Positions 52,964-62,950 of a DNA stretch of 64,000 nt are shown here, in pieces. The stretch spans positions 224,001 to 288,000 of the forward strand of contig CAWDRG010000019.1 in assembly GCA_963804645.1 (NCBI GenBank). Direction: 5' to 3'. The notes under the pieces are model-generated. The model did no database searches and was not told the DNA's origin. It saw only the letters and a program-made list of their open reading frames with translations. This stretch comes from an uncultured Bacillota bacterium. Its GTDB lineage: Bacteria > Sysuimicrobiota > Sysuimicrobiia > Sysuimicrobiales > Segetimicrobiaceae. Position 1 is the first letter of the stretch, and each line of letters opens with the position of its first letter. The position numbers and the translations under genes were made by a program.

Positions 52964-53839
52964 GTGACTTCCGGCGTCCTCCGCGACGGAGAGCCCGTCC
53001 TCCTGATTGACCGCCGCGGCCGGCGCTATCTCATCGCGCTCAAGGCCGGCGGCACGAGCGACCTGCGCGGCGGCAAGATCCCCCACGACGACCTGCTGGG
53101 CTACGAGGAAGGCGGGACGGTCAAGTCGACGCGCGGGGAGCGGTTCCTCGTCGTCCGGCCGACGCTCGCGGAGTTCGTGCTCGAGATGCCGCGAGGCGCG
53201 CAGGTGATCTACCCCAAGGATCTCGGCACGATCGTGCTGCTGGCGGATGTCTTTGGCGGCGCGCGCGTGCTGGAAGCGGGCACGGGCTCGGGCGCCCTGA
53301 CGATGGCGCTCCTCCGGGCCGTCGGCCCTTCCGGGCGGGTCGTCAGCTACGAACTGCGGGAGGACTTCGCGCGGGTGGCGGCGCGCAACATTCACCGGTA
53401 CCTCGGTGCCGCCGACGCGCTGCTGACCCGGCAGCAGGACGTGTACGAGGCGATTCTGCCGGAGGATCGGCCGCTCGACCGCATCCTGCTTGACGTGCCC
53501 GAGCCCTGGCGGGTCGTGCCCCACGCGGCCGACGCCCTGGTGCCGGGCGGGATCGTGCTGGCATACGTGCCGACGGTCCCGCAGGCGCAGCAGATGGTAG
53601 AGACGCTCAGGGGCTCCGGGATGTTCGCGCTCGTCGAAACGCTCGAGGTGCTGCTGCGGCCGTGGAACATCGACGGCCGCAGTGTGCGCCCGGCCCACCG
53701 CATGGTCGCACACACCGGCTTTCTTGTGCTCGCGAGACGCGTACAGCAGGGCGCCGCATCACTCCACCGTCCAGCCGCGGGCGCGGAGCCGGACGCCGGG
53801 GACGCGGAGTCCGAGGATGTGGCGACGGACGCGCCGTAG
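52964..53839 (+). CDS. trmI: tRNA (adenine58-N1)-methyltransferase
   Basis: MPRGAQVIYPKD; EAGTGSGAL; LDVPEPW; MVAHTGFL. Confidence 0.94.
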   Translation: MTSGVLRDGEPVLLIDRRGRRYLIALKAGGTSDLRGGKIPHDDLLGYEEGGTVKSTRGERFLVVRPTLAEFVLEMPRGAQVIYPKDLGTIVLLADVFGGARVLEAGTGSGALTMALLRAVGPSGRVVSYELREDFARVAARNIHRYLGAADALLTRQQDVYEAILPEDRPLDRILLDVPEPWRVVPHAADALVPGGIVLAYVPTVPQAQQMVETLRGSGMFALVETLEVLLRPWNIDGRSVRPAHRMVAHTGFLVLARRVQQGAASLHRPAAGAEPDAGDAESEDVATDAP

Positions 53840-53940
53840 CGTTTAGGGGGAGGTCGCCAGCGCGCGGGTGTGGCCGCGCCCGCGGGCCGAAGACAAGAGG
53901 GCCTATCCGTTCCGGGCACACCCGCACGGGAGGAGCGTGG

Positions 53941-54408
53941 ATGGCGAGCGCGGCGGCGCGGTGGGGACGGTTCCTGCTCGGCCTCCTGAGCCTGCTGTGT
54001 GTGGTGTTTCTCGTGGTCAGGTTGCGCCCGCGGAAGGTCGCCGAGTTCAACAGAACCGCCACCAATCGGATCACGAGCCGATTCGCTGCTCGACTCCCGG
54101 GGTTTGGTATCGTGACGCACGTGGGGCGGAAGTCAGGGCGGCTCTACCGCACACCGGTGAACGTCTTTCGAGTGCCCGAGGGGTGTCTGATCGCGCTCAC
54201 GTACGGGCGAGAAAGCGAGTGGGTCAAGAACGTCGTCGCCACGGGCGGGTGCGAGATCGAAACGCAGGGCGTCGTGTATCGACTCTGCACGCCGGTGGTC
54301 GTGCACGACCCCACCCGACGCCAGTTTCCGCCCCCCGTGCGCGTGGCTCTGTGGCTTGTGGGCGCGACGGACTACTTGAGACTGTCGACCTGCTCGCCGG
54401 CCTCGTAG
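53941..54408 (+). CDS. Deazaflavin (F420)-dependent nitroreductase-family oxidoreductase with N-terminal hydrophobic helix
   Basis: HVGRKSGRLYRTPV; ALTYG..SEWVKNVVA.GG. GGAG RBS. Confidence 0.8.
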   Translation: MASAAARWGRFLLGLLSLLCVVFLVVRLRPRKVAEFNRTATNRITSRFAARLPGFGIVTHVGRKSGRLYRTPVNVFRVPEGCLIALTYGRESEWVKNVVATGGCEIETQGVVYRLCTPVVVHDPTRRQFPPPVRVALWLVGATDYLRLSTCSPAS

Positions 54409-54499
54409 ACCGAGCGAGCCGCGTCGACCGATTAGCGGGCGGTGCCCGTTCTCCTCGGGACTCCTGTGGCGTGCCGGCAGATCGTCGAGAGTCGCTTCG

Positions 54500-55009
54500 T
54501 TACCTCGTCGGAATACCTTGGAGCGCTCGCAAGTACATGATCTGGCCTGCGTGATAGGTATCGTGGGTTGTTGTTCGGATCAGGCGTACCGCCAACGGTC
54601 GAGTCGCTCCGTCGTTGTACCAGACAATCCGCTTTGAGAGATCTTCATCATCGAGCGCCCGCACGCGGGTCAGGAACTCGGCGGAGATATCAAGCAGGGT
54701 TCGGCGATCCCGCTCCCAGTCCACTTCGCTTCCGCTGACCTCCTGCCAGTCGTTGGCGCGAAGCGTGTCCTCATCGGGCGGATACCCATCCCATGCGTGG
54801 AGGATCCCGCGGTTCCAGAGGGTCAGGTGGTTGACGATCTGCCAGATCGAATGTCGCAGTAGCGCGGGCTTCCACGCCGCCTCCGGAGCTGTCAGTCCAC
54901 GGAGCGCCTCGCTGAGCGGAGGTTGTGCGGCGCTCTTGTGGTCCAGCGTGCTCTGCACGTGATGGACAACTAGCTCCTTGAGGGTCAGTGTGATTCCGGA
55001 GCGGTTCAT
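54500..55009 (-). CDS. DinB family protein
   Basis: LRGLT..EAAWKP; HSIWQIVNHL; HDTYHAGQI. Confidence 0.87.
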   Translation of the reverse strand: MNRSGITLTLKELVVHHVQSTLDHKSAAQPPLSEALRGLTAPEAAWKPALLRHSIWQIVNHLTLWNRGILHAWDGYPPDEDTLRANDWQEVSGSEVDWERDRRTLLDISAEFLTRVRALDDEDLSKRIVWYNDGATRPLAVRLIRTTTHDTYHAGQIMYLRALQGIPTR

Positions 55010-55100
55010 CCCTTCACCCCAACGCAAACAGTTTCGACTCCCGCCGCGCGACCAAGCGGCGATGACATCAAAAACCTCTGCGGGGTGCGTCGGCGGAGGA

Positions 55101-55469
55101 TCAAGACATCGCGGATCGCGCATGATGTCTTGCGAGCGATACCCCCGCCGAGGCATGTCGCTCGACGATGACTCGCGGATTCAAACCCAGCGCGACCAGC
55201 CCCAGAGAGACGCGGTACAGGCCGATCACCGCGACCGAGACGCCCGCCCAGAGCTGCGGTCGGTGTCGGCTCCGCATGCCGGACCCAATGACCGGCATGC
55301 CCACTTGGAAGACGATCAAGCCGCCTACGACTCTCGTCCAGAAGATGACGTGGTTGTAGTTCGTGTGCCGCAGTGGAGCCGCGGCGGCAAGGATGCCCAC
55401 GATGACGAGGGTTGCGGCCAGCCAGAAGAGCGCCTCTGTCCGGGCGATGCACATGTCGGTTTCCCGCAA
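55101..55469 (-). CDS. Hypothetical membrane protein
   Basis: Three hydrophobic segments; same strand as its neighbours. No family recognised. Confidence 0.45.
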   Translation of the reverse strand: MRETDMCIARTEALFWLAATLVIVGILAAAAPLRHTNYNHVIFWTRVVGGLIVFQVGMPVIGSGMRSRHRPQLWAGVSVAVIGLYRVSLGLVALGLNPRVIVERHASAGVSLARHHARSAMS

Positions 55470-55500
55470 ACGCCAGGCCGGAGCGCGAACCTCCCCCTAG

Positions 55501-56830
55501 CAGGATGCTGAAAAAGCAGGTATTTGGATGTTCATATAGAATGATACTCTGTCGCGTCTCACCCTCATTCGCACTCCTCCCTCGGAGGTGCCACGATGCG
55601 CGGAGACGATCGGCAGCAGGAAGGCATGTTCAGTTACCTCTCCCCGGAAGCGCGCGTCCCGCAGGATCATCCGTTGCGCGCGATCCGGGGCATGGTCGAC
55701 GAGGTGCTGCATGCAGTTGTCGCCCACGTTCGCCAAGCTCTATTCGCAGATTGGGCCGGCCGTCGATCCCGCCGGAGAAGCTGCTGCGGGCGTTGCTCGT
55801 GCAGGTGTTCTACACGGTGCGCAGTGAGCGGCAATTGATGGAGCAACTGGATTACAATTTGCTGTTCCGCTGGTTCGTCGGGTTGAACATGGATGAGCCG
55901 GTCTGGGACCCGACGACGTTCACCAAGAACCGCCAGCGGCTGCTCGACGGCGATATCGCCCAGGCCTTCTTCACGCGCGTGCTGGCCCAAGCGCGGGAGC
56001 GGGACCTGCTGTCGGAGGAGCACTTCACGGTCGACGGGACGCTCATGGAAGCGTGGGCGGGCCTGAAGAGCTTTCGCCCCAAGGACGAGGACCCGACCGA
56101 CCAGCCGCCGCCGGATGATCCGGGGAATCCGACCGTCAACTTCCACGGCCAGCGCCGGAGCAATGCCACGCATCAGTCGACGACGGATCCCGAGGCGCGC
56201 TTGCAGCGCAAGGGCAACGGCCGGGAGGCGAAGCTGTACTATATGGGCCACGTGCTGATGGAGAACCGCCATGGCTTGGTGGTGCGGGCCCAGGCGACCG
56301 CGGCGACGGGCACGGCGGAACGGGACACGGCGGAAGAGCTGCTCGAGCAGGTGGCCGGCGAGCGCCGCGTGACGGTCGGCGCGGACAAAGGCTTCGACAC
56401 CGCGGAATTCGTCCAAGCCCTGCGCGACTTGGACGTCACGCCGCACATTGCGCAGAACACCAGCAAGCGGCGCAGTGCCATCGATCTGCGGACCACCCGG
56501 CATCCCGGCTATGCGATCAGTCAACGCATCCGCAAGCGGGTGGAAGAGATCTTCGGCTGGCTGAAGACCGTCGGGCTGATGCGCAAGCTGCACCATCGCG
56601 GCACCGATCGGGTGGACTGGATGTTCGTGTTTGCCTGTGCGATCTACAACCTGGTGCGGATCCGCAATCTCCAGGAGGCACTCGCATGAGGGCGCCGCAC
56701 CGCGGTGCGATGTCGAGGCCGCACGGAGCGCGCGGAACTCGCGCAAGCAGATCCGAGGAACTTCAGTTGACATGATCACTCCCGAACCGGGCACGATGAT
56801 TAGTCATAAACACGTTTTTTCCGCGGCCTG
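55501..56830 (+). mobile_element. IS5/IS1182-type insertion sequence
   Basis: Ends CAGGATGCTGAAAAA and TTTTTCCGCGGCCTG; CTAG duplicated at 55497-55500 and 56831-56834. Confidence 0.9.
55596..56689 (+). CDS. IS5-family transposase (DUF772 plus DDE), two +1 frameshifts near 55710 and 55755
   Basis: MRGDD...MFSY...VPQDHPLRAIR; GRPSIPPEKLL; FTVDGT; GADKGFD; RKRVEEIFGW. Confidence 0.88.
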
Positions 56831-58009
56831 CTAGACGCGTTCGACGGCGAGGCTGACCGCCTCGCCGCCGCCCAGGCACACCGCCGCGACCCCGCGCCGG
56901 ACCTGGCGTTCCTGCATCGTATACAACAGCGTCGTCAGAATCCGCGCCCCGCTCGCGCCGACCGGATGCCCCAACGCGACCGCGCCGCCGTGGACGTTGA
57001 TCCGATCGAGATCGAGGCCGGCCTTTTGCGCGACCCCGAGCACGACGACCGCGTAGGCTTCGTTGATCTCGTAGAGATCGACGTCGTCCTTCGCCCAGCC
57101 GATCTTCTTCAGTAGCCGCTCGATCGCCCCGGCCGGCGCGATCGTGAACCACTCTGGCGCCGTGGCGAAGACCGCCTGGCCGACGATGCGGGCGATCGGC
57201 TGGGCGCCGAGCCGCCGGGCCGCGTCCGCGGACGCCACGACCACCGCGGAAGCGCCGTCGCTGATCGAGGACGCGTTGGCCACGGTGACGCTGCCGCCTT
57301 CCTCGAAGGCCGACCGCAGGGTCGCCATCTTGTCGGGGCTGAACCGCCGCGGTTCCTCGTCCTCGGTGACGCGGCGCGCGGGCCCGCGGCCGTTGCCCAC
57401 CTCGACCGGGACGATCTCGCGTGCGAACCGGCCCGAGTCCATCGCCGCGATCGCCCGCGTGTAGCTGCGCACCGCGAACGCGTCCTGGTCCGCGCGGGAG
57501 ATCCGGTACTCGCGCGCGAGCAGCTCGGCGCAGTTGCCCATGAGCTGATCGGTGAACGCGTCGCACAATCCGTCGCGGACCATCGAGTCGACGAGCGCGC
57601 CGTTCCCGAAGCGGTAGCCGGTCCGGGCCTGTTCGAGCAGGTACGGCGCCCGGCTCATGTTCTCCATCCCGCCGGCCACCACGACCTCGGCATCGCCGGC
57701 CTGGATCGCCTGCGCCGCGAGCATCACCGCTTTGAGCCCGGAGCCGCACATCTTGTTGACGGTCGTCGCCGGCACCGTGTTGGGGAGCCCGGCGAAGATG
57801 GAGGCCTGCCGTGCGGGCGCCTGGCCGACGCCTGCGGCGAGAATAATGCCCATGTAGACTTCGTCGACCTGGTCCGGGGGCACCGCGGCACGGCGCAGCG
57901 CGTCCGCGATCGCCGCGCTGCCGAGGCGAGGCGCGGGGACCGAGGACAGGGCTCCCTGAAACCGCCCGATCGGGGTCCGCACCGCACCGAGGATTACCGT
58001 TTCACGCAT
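56831..58009 (-). CDS. Acetyl-CoA acetyltransferase (thiolase)
   Basis: RTPIG; NKMCGSG; GGMENMS; EINEAY; GHPVGASG; CLGGG. Confidence 0.95.
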   Translation of the reverse strand: MRETVILGAVRTPIGRFQGALSSVPAPRLGSAAIADALRRAAVPPDQVDEVYMGIILAAGVGQAPARQASIFAGLPNTVPATTVNKMCGSGLKAVMLAAQAIQAGDAEVVVAGGMENMSRAPYLLEQARTGYRFGNGALVDSMVRDGLCDAFTDQLMGNCAELLAREYRISRADQDAFAVRSYTRAIAAMDSGRFAREIVPVEVGNGRGPARRVTEDEEPRRFSPDKMATLRSAFEEGGSVTVANASSISDGASAVVVASADAARRLGAQPIARIVGQAVFATAPEWFTIAPAGAIERLLKKIGWAKDDVDLYEINEAYAVVVLGVAQKAGLDLDRINVHGGAVALGHPVGASGARILTTLLYTMQERQVRRGVAAVCLGGGEAVSLAVERV

Positions 58010-58091
58010 CTGCACCGCCTCCTGTATGCGCCAACGTTAGACGTGGCTCCGGTGATTCCCTTGGCGCGCCGCGCGGTGCGGCGCCCGTTCG

Positions 58092-58121
58092 TTGACACTC
58101 CTCCGCGGGCCGTGCTATCGT
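58092..58121 (+). promoter_or_regulatory. Putative sigma70 promoter for lysA
   Basis: TTGACA-18 nt-TATCGT with extended TG. Confidence 0.6.
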
Positions 58122-58177
58122 GTCGATGCCGGCCTGCGTTTCACGGGCCGGCGTGCGCGTGTCGACGGGGGTGGCGG

Positions 58178-59506
58178 GTGGCGAGTCAATCGGTGACGGA
58201 CGGCCGGCAGGCGGTGCTCCTCGGAGAGGCGCGCGGCGGCACGCTCGTCATCGGCGGGGTCGCGGCGCCCGATCTCGCCCGCGAGTTCGGCACGCCGCTG
58301 TACGTGATGGACGAGACGCGGGTGCGCGGCCGCTGCCGCAGTTACGTGGCGGCGCTGCGGGAGCGGTACGCGAACACCCAGGTGGTGTTTGCGAGTAAGG
58401 CGTTCTGCTGCATGGCGATGTGCCGGCTGGCGCACGACGAGGGCCTGTACGTCGACGTCGTCTCGCCCGGCGAACTCGCCACGGCGGTCCGCGCCGGCGT
58501 GCCCGCCTCCCACCTGCTGCTGCACGGCAACAACAAGACGGCCGACGAACTGCGCGAGGCGCTCGGGGTCGGCGTCGGCCGGATCGTGGTCGACAACTTC
58601 TACGACCTCGAACTGCTCGACGCACTGACGCGCGAGACGGGCCGCACCGCGGACGTGCTGCTGCGTCTCACGCCCGGGATCGAGCCGCACACGCACCGGG
58701 CGATCCAGACCGGCGGCGTCGACAGCAAGTTCGGATTCGGCATGCTCGACGGGACCGCGCGCGAGGCGGTGGCGCGCACGCTCGACGTCCCGGGCGTGCG
58801 CCTCCGGGGCCTCCACTGCCACATCGGGTCCCAGATCTTCGATCTCGAGCCGTTCGTCCAGGCTGCGGCGGCGCTGATGGAGTTCGCGGGGTGGATGGCC
58901 CGCGACCGCCGGGTGGTGATCGAGGACCTCAACGTCGGCGGGGGACCCGGGGTCCGCTATCTGCCCGGGGACCGGCCGCTCGGGATCGACGCGTACGCGG
59001 CCGCGGTGACCGAGGTGGTCAGCCGCCGCGCCCGGGAGCAGGGGCTGCCGCTTCCGCGCCTGCTGGTCGAGCCGGGGCGCTCGATCGTCGGCGACGCCGG
59101 GGCGACTCTCTACCGGGTGGGCGCGATCAAGCCGATCCGCGACGTGCGCACCTACGTATCGGTCGACGGCGGCATGTACGAGAATCCGCGCACCGCCCTG
59201 TACCAGGCGCGGTACCAGAGCGTGCTCGCGGAACGCCTCGATGAGCCGTGCACTGCGACGGTGACGATCGCCGGGCGGTGCTGTGAGTCGGGCGATGTGC
59301 TGATCTGGGATGCCGTGCTGCCCGAGCCGCACGCGGGCGACCTCCTCGCCGTGTTCAGCACGGGCGCCTATAACTATTCGATGGCCAGCAACTACAACCG
59401 GTACCCGCGTCCCGCGGTGGTGTTCGCGGCGGACGGGCGCGCGCGCGTGGTCGTGCAGCGGGAGACGGTCGACGACGTGCTGGCCCGTGATGTCCCCCCG
59501 GCGTAG
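58178..59506 (+). CDS. lysA: Diaminopimelate decarboxylase
   Basis: FGTPLYV; FASKAF; HGNNK; HCHIGSQ; EPGRS; CESGD; GAY. Confidence 0.96.
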   Translation: MASQSVTDGRQAVLLGEARGGTLVIGGVAAPDLAREFGTPLYVMDETRVRGRCRSYVAALRERYANTQVVFASKAFCCMAMCRLAHDEGLYVDVVSPGELATAVRAGVPASHLLLHGNNKTADELREALGVGVGRIVVDNFYDLELLDALTRETGRTADVLLRLTPGIEPHTHRAIQTGGVDSKFGFGMLDGTAREAVARTLDVPGVRLRGLHCHIGSQIFDLEPFVQAAAALMEFAGWMARDRRVVIEDLNVGGGPGVRYLPGDRPLGIDAYAAAVTEVVSRRAREQGLPLPRLLVEPGRSIVGDAGATLYRVGAIKPIRDVRTYVSVDGGMYENPRTALYQARYQSVLAERLDEPCTATVTIAGRCCESGDVLIWDAVLPEPHAGDLLAVFSTGAYNYSMASNYNRYPRPAVVFAADGRARVVVQRETVDDVLARDVPPA

Positions 59507-59530
59507 CCGCCGCCCCGGACGGTCCTGTCG

Positions 59531-60154
59531 ATGCTGACTGGACGGTTTTCTGACCCGCTGTCGATCGTGCTGCTGCTCGCGGCCGTGACGGTCGCGACGA
59601 CGTGCCACGAGTTTGCCCACGCGTTCGTGGCGGACCGGCTCGGCGATCCCACCGCGCGCCAGTTGGGCCGGCTGAGCCTCAACCCGCTCGTGCACGCCGA
59701 TATCCTGGGCACGCTGTGCTTTGTGCTCTTCGGATTCGGATGGGCGAAGCCCGTCCCCGTCAACCCGCGCAACTTCGCGAATCCCCGGCAGGGGATGCTG
59801 CAGGTGGCGATCGCGGGTCCGCTCGCCAACCTCACCGTAGCCGCGATCGTCGGCGTGCTCGCCCGCACGTTTGTGCCGCCGACGGCGTCGCTCGTCCTGG
59901 AGCTCCTCGCGATCATCGCGTGGATTAACGTGATTCTCGCGGTGTTCAACATGATCCCGGTCCCGCCGCTCGACGGCTCCCGGGTCGTCGAAGCGGTGCT
60001 GCCCCTCCAGCAGGCGTACGCGTACGCGCGCCTCCAGCCGTACGGCATGCTCGTCCTGTTCGTCCTGCTCTACCTCGGGGTCGTGGGCCGCGTGCTGCTC
60101 CCCGTCGCCGGATGGCTGTACGGGGTCACGACCGGCGGACTCGGCGGGCCGTGA
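59531..60154 (+). CDS. Site-2 protease (M50) family
   Basis: HEFAH; GWAKPVP; AGPLAN; FNMIPVPPLDG. Confidence 0.93.
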   Translation: MLTGRFSDPLSIVLLLAAVTVATTCHEFAHAFVADRLGDPTARQLGRLSLNPLVHADILGTLCFVLFGFGWAKPVPVNPRNFANPRQGMLQVAIAGPLANLTVAAIVGVLARTFVPPTASLVLELLAIIAWINVILAVFNMIPVPPLDGSRVVEAVLPLQQAYAYARLQPYGMLVLFVLLYLGVVGRVLLPVAGWLYGVTTGGLGGP

Positions 60155-60300
60155 GCCCGGGGGCGCGGGACTCCTCGAAAGAAGGCGCGTGCGCGAGCAG
60201 GAACCAGACGATCTACGGAGAATAGGCAGCGAGCACACCGGGACAGGCCAAGAGACGCAGCAGCGGTTCGTGACACTTTGTTCGTCGCAGCGATCGGAGG

Positions 60301-61029
60301 ATGGGTGTGGCCTATCAGGTGCATTGTACGGCGTTTGAGGGCCCGCTTGACCTATTAGTGAGCCTCGCGTACCGCGGTCAGGTCGACCTGCAGGACGTTC
60401 CTCTCCGAACGATCGCCGAAGAGTTTCTCGCCGAGGTGCGCGCGATGCCGGATCTTGACGCGGCGTCCGAGACCCTCGTCCAGCTCGCGGTCCTCACCGA
60501 CCTCAAGGCCCGCACGCTCGTGCCGAAGGCCCCTCCCGCAGACACGCCGCCCGCCGCAGAGGACGCGGGTCCGTCGGACCTTGGCGAGCGGCTCGGCGCC
60601 CAGATGGCCGAATACCTCCAGTTCCGGGAAGCCGCCCAGGCACTGCGCGTCCTCGAAGATCTCCAGAGCCGCGTGTTCGCGAGGCCCGGGGACGCCCGCG
60701 AGCCGGAGGGAGACGTGCTGCTCGACGGGGTGACCCTCCAGGATCTGTTCACCGCGTTCGCCCAGGTCCTGAGGAGGGCGGCGGAGGCCCCGGGCGAGAT
60801 CGCCGGCGAGCGCTTCACCGTGGGGGAAAAGATGGACGTGGTCCTCGCCATGCTCCGGACGGCCGGCGGGACCCTCCCGTTCGGGGTGCTGTTCCGCGAG
60901 GGCGCGAGCCGCCTCGAGATCATCGTGACGTTCCTGGCGCTCTTGGAGTTGATCAAGCAGCGGCGCATCCGTGCGAGACAGGCGCAGGCGTTCGGCGAGA
61001 TCGAAGTCATGCTGGCGGAGGCGTCATGA
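60301..61029 (+). CDS. scpA: Segregation/condensation protein A
   Basis: FEGPLDLL; IIVTFLALLEL; Q...FGEI. Confidence 0.93.
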   Translation: MGVAYQVHCTAFEGPLDLLVSLAYRGQVDLQDVPLRTIAEEFLAEVRAMPDLDAASETLVQLAVLTDLKARTLVPKAPPADTPPAAEDAGPSDLGERLGAQMAEYLQFREAAQALRVLEDLQSRVFARPGDAREPEGDVLLDGVTLQDLFTAFAQVLRRAAEAPGEIAGERFTVGEKMDVVLAMLRTAGGTLPFGVLFREGASRLEIIVTFLALLELIKQRRIRARQAQAFGEIEVMLAEAS

Positions 61030-61682
61030 GCGACGCGGACGCACGACACCACGACGACGGCCCGCTTGGTGTGGGGAACGGCCATGGGATCGCTCTCGAT
61101 GGGGCGCAGCACGCCTCGGATCCCCAGCGCGACCGGCATCACGAGGGTAACACCGAGGTGCGGAACGCGCTCGAGTGCCTGCTGCTGACCAAAGGAGGCC
61201 CGATTCGGGTCGCCGAACTCAAAAAGGTGCTCGACGTCGGGGAAGCGGAGATCCGGGCGACGCTCGCGGCGCTGCAGGTCGAGTACGACGGCCGCGGACT
61301 GCAGATCCAGGAGGTGGCCGGGGGCTACCAGCTGTGCACCCGTCCGGCCTACGGCGCCTACGTGCAGCGCCTCCTCCGGATGGAGGAGCTGGAACCGCTG
61401 ACCCGTGCCACCCTCGAGGTGCTCGCGATCGTGGCGTACCGGCAGCCGATGACCCGCGCCGAGTTGGACGCGGTCCGGGGCGTGCAGTCGGCGCACCATC
61501 TGACCAAGCTCCAGGACAGGCGGCTGCTCCGCGAACTCGGCCGGCGGCCGGGGCCGGGCCGGCCGATTCTGTACGGGACGACGGAGGGGTTCCTGCGCTA
61601 CTTCGGGCTCAAGGATCTCGGATCACTGCCACTCCTGGGGGCTCATGACCGCCCAACCATTCTTCCGACGCCGGCTTCTTAG
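61026..61682 (+). CDS. scpB: Segregation/condensation protein B
   Basis: EVAGGYQL; LEVLAIVAYRQPMTR; GRPILYGTT..FL.YFGL. Confidence 0.94.
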   Translation: MSDADARHHDDGPLGVGNGHGIALDGAQHASDPQRDRHHEGNTEVRNALECLLLTKGGPIRVAELKKVLDVGEAEIRATLAALQVEYDGRGLQIQEVAGGYQLCTRPAYGAYVQRLLRMEELEPLTRATLEVLAIVAYRQPMTRAELDAVRGVQSAHHLTKLQDRRLLRELGRRPGPGRPILYGTTEGFLRYFGLKDLGSLPLLGAHDRPTILPTPAS

Positions 61683-62937
61683 GCGACTCGCCGCCGTCGT
61701 GGCGGCCGGGCTCATGCTGCCGCTCGCCGGGGGCGGCGCCTCCGGCGCGACGCTGGTCCGCCCATGGCTGTTCCGCGCGTACCGGTACGAACAGCCGGCC
61801 ACGTCTCCCGTCCGGGTGACCGCGACCGCCGCCTTGGTGATGGACGCCCGGAGCGGCCAGGTGCTGTACAGCCGGAACGCGCACCTGATCTGGCCCCCGG
61901 CCAGCACGACGAAGATCCTCACCGCGCTTGTGGCGCTGCACCGGATGTCGCTGAACACCCCGATCACCGTGTCGCCCGAGGTCGCGCGGTTCCGCGTCGG
62001 CTCGGTGGTCGGCCTGCCCGCGGGGGCCCGGATCTCGCTGCATGACCTGCTGTACGGACTGATGCTGCCGTCCGGGAACGACGTCGCGCTGGCGATCGCC
62101 GAGGGTGTGGCCGGGACGGTGTCGGCGTTCGTCGCGCAGATGAACGACGAGGCGTATCGTCTCGGGGCGCGGCAGACCCACTTCACCTCGCCGCACGGGT
62201 TGTACGACCCCAACCACTACACCACCGTGTACGATCTCGCGCTGATCGCCCGGGCGGCGATGGCAGACCCGACGTTTCGGGACATCGTACGCACCGAGCG
62301 GTGGACGTTCCGACCGCCGGGCGCGCGGGCGCGGGTCCTGTACAACCATAACCGCATGCTGTGGTGGTATCCTGGCGCCGACGGGGTCAAGACAGGGTAC
62401 GTCGACATGTCCGGGGAGACACTCGTCGAGTCCGCGACCCGGAACGGCTGGCGGCTGATCGTGGTGGAGTTCCACAGCGGAGATATGTGGGGAGACGCGT
62501 CACGCCTGCTCAACTACGGGTTCGACCACTACCGCGCGGTCGAGCTCGCCCATCCGGGCGAGGAGATGGCGGCGATCCAGCTGCCCGGCACCCAATCGGT
62601 GGTCGTGGGGGTCGTCCCGGAAGCTGTGTACGCTGCGGTGAGCGGGTCGAAGGCGCCGGTGCGGCGCGTCACGATCGAGCGGCACCTGATGCTGCCGGTG
62701 CGCCCGGGAGAGCGGCTCGGGACCGTCGACTTCTATGAATCGGGTCAGCTGCTCCAGTCGGCGCCGATCGTAGCCGTGTCCCGGATCGGCGCGGACATGG
62801 ACCAGGGCGTGCAGAATCCTCTCGCGCGTGCGTTCGGTTGGGTGGGGCGAATGGTGGAGGGTGTCGTGGGGGCGGCCGCGGTAACGGGCACGCCGCGGGC
62901 GCGGAAGGTCGGGATGTCCCGCGCGGCGCCCGACTGA
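61645..62937 (+). CDS. D-alanyl-D-alanine carboxypeptidase (S11, DacB/DacF-like)
   Basis: Signal peptide; STTK (SxxK); SGN; KTG. Confidence 0.92.
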   Translation: MTAQPFFRRRLLRRLAAVVAAGLMLPLAGGGASGATLVRPWLFRAYRYEQPATSPVRVTATAALVMDARSGQVLYSRNAHLIWPPASTTKILTALVALHRMSLNTPITVSPEVARFRVGSVVGLPAGARISLHDLLYGLMLPSGNDVALAIAEGVAGTVSAFVAQMNDEAYRLGARQTHFTSPHGLYDPNHYTTVYDLALIARAAMADPTFRDIVRTERWTFRPPGARARVLYNHNRMLWWYPGADGVKTGYVDMSGETLVESATRNGWRLIVVEFHSGDMWGDASRLLNYGFDHYRAVELAHPGEEMAAIQLPGTQSVVVGVVPEAVYAAVSGSKAPVRRVTIERHLMLPVRPGERLGTVDFYESGQLLQSAPIVAVSRIGADMDQGVQNPLARAFGWVGRMVEGVVGAAAVTGTPRARKVGMSRAAPD

Positions 62938-62950
62938 GCCGCGACGGGTC

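Noticed and set aside
56767..56800. Outward promoter (TTGACA) in the IS5 right end
   Set aside because: No credible -10 at 16-18 nt spacing.
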